From Candidatus Bathyarchaeota archaeon (GTDB lineage: Archaea > Thermoproteota > Bathyarchaeia > 40CM-2-53-6): 64,000 nt of DNA. Positions 59,409 to 64,000 of this stretch are shown piece after piece. Position numbers and translations under genes: made by a program. Location of the stretch: NCBI GenBank assembly GCA_005884195.1, contig VBBP01000055.1, positions 15,021 to 79,020 on the forward strand, written 5' to 3'. A model generated the notes under the pieces. That model did no database searches. It was not told the origin of the DNA and saw nothing but the letters and a program-made list of their open reading frames with translations. How positions within the stretch are numbered: position 1 is the first letter of the stretch; each line of letters starts with the position of its first letter.

Positions 59409-60569
59409 GTGGGAAGTGTCTATTTGAGACGACTACTGATCAAGCTCGTAGCCATCGAAACAGCACTAGTTGGGTGGCTCTCCTATTGGATCTTTCTGGT
59501 CTACGCGAACAATCCTTCCGTAAGCGCGGGGCTAAGCGACCAACTCACAAGATTTCCCCAGCTCGCCTTCACCACCGTCGACATCGCGGTCATGGTAATT
59601 ATCGCAGCATTCGCGATTACCCTCGCCTTCAAGTTCCACCGCGGCCTTCGACCGGGTATCCGATTGGAGAGAGCTTTGCAGATGCTAGAGAACTTGATGA
59701 AGAGGAACCTCGTTCTCGAGGCGCAAGTAGCAGAGCTGAGGGTGGAGAAGGTGGAGAAAATCCGTCCAAGTCCATCACCATTGTCGTCGAGCATCTCGGT
59801 TCCAGGTCTTCCAGGGCCAAGCTTCTCAGCTGCTATGGCTTCATCGCCTAGTGAGCCGCGTCCGGGGTCATGGGAGAAGGCTTTCAGAACTCCGCTCGAG
59901 GCAGGTCCGCCTATGCCGAAGATTCGGAAATCAGGTGTCTCCGATGCTCCCTTTCAGAACGAAACGGGTCTTCCGCCGCCTAGAATAGAAGCGAAGCCTC
60001 TGCCGTCTGTTTCAGCAAACCCGCCTTTGATCATTTCCGAGAAATCGCCGGTGGCAGTTTCGGATGTTGACGATAAGTTCTCGGAGAGACCAATGGTTGT
60101 TTCCTCCGCTTCCGCCTGGGAGGACAGTCCCAAGTACGTTGGAGAGTCTACCGGTGTTCTTACACCTTCACCTATTCCGAAGAAGGTGGCTCGCTTTACT
60201 TCTGACTCTGGTGGGCTTAAGCAGCCCTACATTCCGGTTCCTGCTCCACGAATGCCTCCTCCAAGCGTGATTGTTGGTCCGATGAATCAGAAGCCCTCTT
60301 CTACAGGCAGGCAGGCGCCTCGTCCGATTGTTCATCCAACGTTTCCGAGCAAGCCATCGATCAAAGAACCACCTCCGGCTTTTAGTGTTCCAGAGTCGAA
60401 GCCGGCTACTGCGCCGATCATCATCGACAAGCCTGAGTCTCGCGCTATTGACCTGAAATCCTCCGAAAACACTACCGCTCTTGTCTCGCTAAGCGAGGGG
60501 ACCCAGGAGAAACCGCCTGACAAGCCAGCTGAAGGCTACAAGAAAAAACCCGCTCGCGAAGAAGACTAA
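59409..60569 (+). CDS. 2-TM membrane protein with a coiled coil and Pro/Ser-rich tail
   Basis: SYWIFLVYANN; LERALQMLENLMKRNLVLEAQVAEL. Confidence 0.8.
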   Translation: MGSVYLRRLLIKLVAIETALVGWLSYWIFLVYANNPSVSAGLSDQLTRFPQLAFTTVDIAVMVIIAAFAITLAFKFHRGLRPGIRLERALQMLENLMKRNLVLEAQVAELRVEKVEKIRPSPSPLSSSISVPGLPGPSFSAAMASSPSEPRPGSWEKAFRTPLEAGPPMPKIRKSGVSDAPFQNETGLPPPRIEAKPLPSVSANPPLIISEKSPVAVSDVDDKFSERPMVVSSASAWEDSPKYVGESTGVLTPSPIPKKVARFTSDSGGLKQPYIPVPAPRMPPPSVIVGPMNQKPSSTGRQAPRPIVHPTFPSKPSIKEPPPAFSVPESKPATAPIIIDKPESRAIDLKSSENTTALVSLSEGTQEKPPDKPAEGYKKKPAREED

Positions 60570-61191
60570 ACGAATTCTCTAAACGCTTTCTGTACGGAAC
60601 CATCTGAGGCCTATCTTTCGCAGGGGAGCGGAAGGACCTCACTCATGCGACGCGAGGTCGAGTCGCTAAGACCCCCTTATTTCTAAAACACTCACCGTCA
60701 GGCACTGATAATAGCCGAGTTCGGCTGATCAGGGCGCAATCCTGGCTGGAATGGCTCGGCGAAAAACGCGATTAGCCCGGCGAATCTAGCGGTGATCTTG
60801 CACTAACCTCCCTGATTCAAGATCAGGGCTGATTATGGGCGATTTCTCGACCGAGAGGTCTCCCTTCAACCACTCTTGCATCGCGAGATGCTCTGCGCGA
60901 TACCCCCCTCCTTTTCTAGAGAAAAATTTCCTGTCTGGCGATGATAACGGGCGAGTCCCGTTATTCAGGGCACGGTCCAGGCTTGGACGGCACTGCAAAA
61001 AGACAGGAAATCTAGAAAGATTCCCGAACGATTCCAGGGCAGTGTAGAGAAGGAGTCCCAGAATCGAGATCAGGGTTCAAAATGTTCGATTTATCGACTT
61101 CGCTAAAGACTCGTGGGACGCAATCTTTCGTCTTGCACTAAGGGTTATTTTCTGATCTGCTCTTGCCACCGTACCTAGTGGGGAATTCCTC

Positions 61192-61392
61192 GTGATTCGT
61201 TGCCCAACGTGCGGAAATGATGTTGTGTATTCTCCAATTCCTTCTCTGTACTTCTGTCTGGAACAAATGCTAGGCGAGAATATTACTATCCGCGTGGAGT
61301 GCAAGCCTTGGATACCAGAGGACGCACCGGCCGCAGACTTGCTCAAAATGACTGAAAGAATCGAGAAATTAGCACTAGAACTTAGACTCTAA
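61192..61392 (+). CDS. Small CPxCG-motif protein
   Basis: MIRCPTCG...FC...EC; 66 aa. Confidence 0.45.
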   Translation: MIRCPTCGNDVVYSPIPSLYFCLEQMLGENITIRVECKPWIPEDAPAADLLKMTERIEKLALELRL

Positions 61393-61590
61393 ATGGGCTT
61401 CGCATTTGAGCGAGCTCGCCGCCGTTCTACACACAAATATTCTCACTCCAACATTTCGACCGCAAAGGTAAGAATCAGCCAGAACTGGCCAGGCGATCGA
61501 GAGAATTGATCTCTGAGTGGATGAATTACTAACCTTAATCTCGGGAAAGGAACGAACCGGTTCCCCAACACAACGGGATAGAATGACAGT

Positions 61591-63054
61591 ATGACTACGA
61601 TGGGACTGCAACGACCGACTGGCAACCGCCGAGTAGCCGTTCTCCCGTTGGCCAACATGAGTTCAGATGCCAGAGACGAGATCTTCTCCGACGGCATGAC
61701 CGAGGAGCTGATCTCTGCGCTCTCGAAGATTGCGGGTCTGAGAGTCATAGCACGAACTTCTGTGATGAGGTACAAGAACTCCAAGAAATCCATCGGTGAG
61801 ATCAGCAAAGAACTCAACGTCTCAGCCATACTCGAGGGAAGCGTAAGAAGAGCCGGAAACAAGATCAGAATCACAGTTCAGCTAGCGGACCCGAAAACAG
61901 AAGAACAACTATGGACTGAGAAATACGATAGGGATCTGGAAGATATTTTCGCTGTCCAGAGCGAGATCGCTCAGAAGGTAGCAGGCGAGCTAGAGATCCA
62001 GATCAACAAGAGCGAGAAACTCAACCTCGACAAGAAAGCAACAGATAGCAAAGAGGCGTATACCCTCTACCTCGAAGGCCGCCACTTCCTAAACATAAGA
62101 ACAGAGGATGGGCTGAAGAGGGCCATTGAACTCTTTGAAAGAGCGCTAGCAAAGGATCCCCAATACGCATTAGCCTACACGGGTGTCGCCGATTCCTACG
62201 CCGTGCTTGCCCTGCTAGAATTTCTACCGCCGAAAGAGGCTTTTCCAAAGGCAAGGACCGCTGCCGAGAAAGCGCTCGAAATCGACAACAGACTCGCCGA
62301 AGCACACACATCACTGGGAGCCGTAAGGTTCCAATATGACTGGGACTGGGAGAATGCCGAGAAAGAGTTCAAGCGAGCCATCGAGCTCAGCCCCAACTAT
62401 GCACCCGCCCACCAGTTCTACGCCGACTTCTTGAAATCTCAAGGACGATTCGACGAGGCTTTAGCAGAAATGAGCTATGCGGAGGCACTTGACCCTCTTT
62501 CTCTCGCAATCAATACCGGGGTCGGGCATGTTCTGTACTTGAGTAGGCAATACGACCGAGCAATTGATCAATACCAGAAGGCGATAAAGCTGAATCCTGA
62601 ATTCGTCCAGGCACGCCTTTGGTTCGGCAGACCCTACTTGCAGAAACGAATGTACAAGGAAGCAATTGCTGAACTGAACCACGCCGTGGCCCTATCAGGC
62701 GGTAGCACGATCTCACTTGCAATGCTGGGTCATGCGTACGCGGCCGCAGGAAACAAGAAGGAGGCTGAGAAGATCAGCGAAAAACTCATGGAGAGGTCCA
62801 AGCACCAGTACGTCCCATCTTATTGGATCGCAATGTTGCGGATCGGCTTTGGAGACAAAGATGAGTCATTCACTTGGCTTGAAAGAGCCTTCCAAGAACG
62901 ATCTAGCTGGTTGGCATGGGCTGGAGTTGAACCGAGATTCGACGCCTTACGATCTGATCCGAGATTCGCATCGTTAATGGCCAAGATGAAGCTCAAACCA
63001 CCGAAGGATACGGCACTAGGCATTCGCGGATGGCTTAAAGGCCCGAGCAAATAG
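61591..63054 (+). CDS. TolB-like/TPR protein of the adenylate-cyclase/kinase-associated type, without a catalytic domain
   Basis: VAVLPLANMS...FSDGMTEELI...LRVIARTS, LEGSVRR, TPR repeats, EPRFDALRSDPRF. Confidence 0.88.
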   Translation: MTTMGLQRPTGNRRVAVLPLANMSSDARDEIFSDGMTEELISALSKIAGLRVIARTSVMRYKNSKKSIGEISKELNVSAILEGSVRRAGNKIRITVQLADPKTEEQLWTEKYDRDLEDIFAVQSEIAQKVAGELEIQINKSEKLNLDKKATDSKEAYTLYLEGRHFLNIRTEDGLKRAIELFERALAKDPQYALAYTGVADSYAVLALLEFLPPKEAFPKARTAAEKALEIDNRLAEAHTSLGAVRFQYDWDWENAEKEFKRAIELSPNYAPAHQFYADFLKSQGRFDEALAEMSYAEALDPLSLAINTGVGHVLYLSRQYDRAIDQYQKAIKLNPEFVQARLWFGRPYLQKRMYKEAIAELNHAVALSGGSTISLAMLGHAYAAAGNKKEAEKISEKLMERSKHQYVPSYWIAMLRIGFGDKDESFTWLERAFQERSSWLAWAGVEPRFDALRSDPRFASLMAKMKLKPPKDTALGIRGWLKGPSK

Positions 63055-63183
63055 TCCTCACTCGTGGAAAGCACACTTCAGATCCTTTGCTTTCATCCCT
63101 CGATTCGGACTATCAGAGGTAGATCGAGAAGATTGTCGGGGAACGTTTAGATACGCTCTCCCGCCTTCTAGACTTGTCTCTGA

Positions 63184-63822
63184 ATGCCTGAGCTTGATGA
63201 CGTAGATGCCAGAATACTAGGGATTCTTGTTGAGGACGGGCGTAGGTCTTTTCGTGAAGTCGCGCGTCGCGCGGGCATAACAACCCCGACGGTTCAAGCC
63301 AGAGTCAAACGAATGATGGACGAGGGTCTCATCCGAAAAATATCTCCTGTCTTCGATGTCTCCAAATTCAAGCAAGGATTAGTCTTCCATCTCTACCTTC
63401 GAGTAAACCCTGCCGAGATCGAGAACATCGCTGACAAGCTTGAGAAAAACCCTGAGGTGCGCGGAATCTATCTTACCACGGGAGAAAACAACCTGACCCT
63501 CCGAGTCGCGGTAGAGAGTCTAGAGCAATTACAGCGGTTTACCGAAACGCTGAGTAACGATTTCGGAGTCAGGCAGAACTCAAGCCAGATGATCGTGAAG
63601 ATCTTCAAAGACGATCAACCCGTTCTGATTCGGCCAGGGACGGGGGTTGAACTCAAGTGCGAAACCTGCAACGGACCGATCTCGGGAAAACCTTTCGTGT
63701 TGAAAGTCGCGGGACGCGAGAGATTCTTCTGCTGCCAAACGTGTCTGGGAAAGTTTCGGGAGACCTACGAGCCCAAGCTAAAGGGGCTCGCGATAGCCAT
63801 CGAGTCTCCTAGCCCTCGTTAG
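63184..63822 (+). CDS. Lrp/AsnC-type regulator with a C-terminal TRASH metal-binding domain (CopR/CopT-like)
   Basis: LDDVDARIL HTH; CETC...FFCCQTC. Confidence 0.88.
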   Translation: MPELDDVDARILGILVEDGRRSFREVARRAGITTPTVQARVKRMMDEGLIRKISPVFDVSKFKQGLVFHLYLRVNPAEIENIADKLEKNPEVRGIYLTTGENNLTLRVAVESLEQLQRFTETLSNDFGVRQNSSQMIVKIFKDDQPVLIRPGTGVELKCETCNGPISGKPFVLKVAGRERFFCCQTCLGKFRETYEPKLKGLAIAIESPSPR

Positions 63823-63900
63823 CATAACGCGAGCTCGAACCACCTAGCTTTACATTTGTAAAGCCCAGCAGTTTAGAGCCGCTTCACGGCTTAGCAGGGT

Positions 63901-64000
63901 ATGGCGAAAGACCCCATCTGTGGCATGTATGTGGAGGAGGGCGAACACGCGCTCCAGACCACACGCTACGGGACGACATACTATTTCTGTAGCGAGACCT
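63901..64000 (+). CDS. YHS-domain protein, probably the N-terminus of a heavy-metal (Cu) P-type ATPase (truncated by window end)
   Basis: MAKDPICGMYV...YGTTYYFCS, directly after the TRASH regulator. Confidence 0.75.
   Translation, partial: MAKDPICGMYVEEGEHALQTTRYGTTYYFCSET

Noticed and set aside
1..64000. tRNA, rRNA, integrase or transposase genes
   Set aside because: None recognised by eye; no cloverleaf with both D- and T-arm consensus was found, although intron-containing archaeal tRNAs could be missed

Overview
Archaeal chromosomal window: GatDE, RadA, Lsm, NucS, the GHMP-type shikimate kinase and the DKFP/aspartate-semialdehyde route to dehydroquinate are all present. The gene style resembles TACK archaea such as soil Bathyarchaeia (inference, not tested). 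In order it contains gatD-gatE-Lrp; a 16-gene, ~16 kb minus-strand aromatic amino acid superoperon (lysC-asd-aroA'-aroB'-aroD-aroE-aroK-aroA-aroC-CM/tyrA-trpEGDCBA, no trpF); glmS, cofD/cofC, purA; a DUF4331/Tat/ArsR cluster; etfBA, fixCX and an acyl-CoA dehydrogenase; a non-oxidative pentose phosphate cluster; pyrG, nucS, trmI, pyrC, radA; a family of 2-TM membrane proteins; and a copper regulator/ATPase at the right edge. The strongest novel signal is two matching short leaders in the aromatic operon. ATG-GGG-TAT-AGT-CTT-TGG precedes trpE and ATG-GGT-GGT-CAT-CTT-TAC-TGG precedes the first gene, lysC. In both, a prfB-type CTT-T slippery site at codon 5 is followed by a Trp or Tyr codon, and the +1 frame is the enzyme's frame. 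This suggests amino-acid-sensing +1 ribosomal frameshifting as an archaeal counterpart of attenuation. Other notable signals are a duplicated ~310-nt structured non-coding element with a 135-bp identical core, many conserved genes lacking ATG/GTG/TTG starts, a second dispersed T-rich repeat, and four paralogous WxxxxYxxN membrane proteins. All calls come from reading the sequence; no searches were run.
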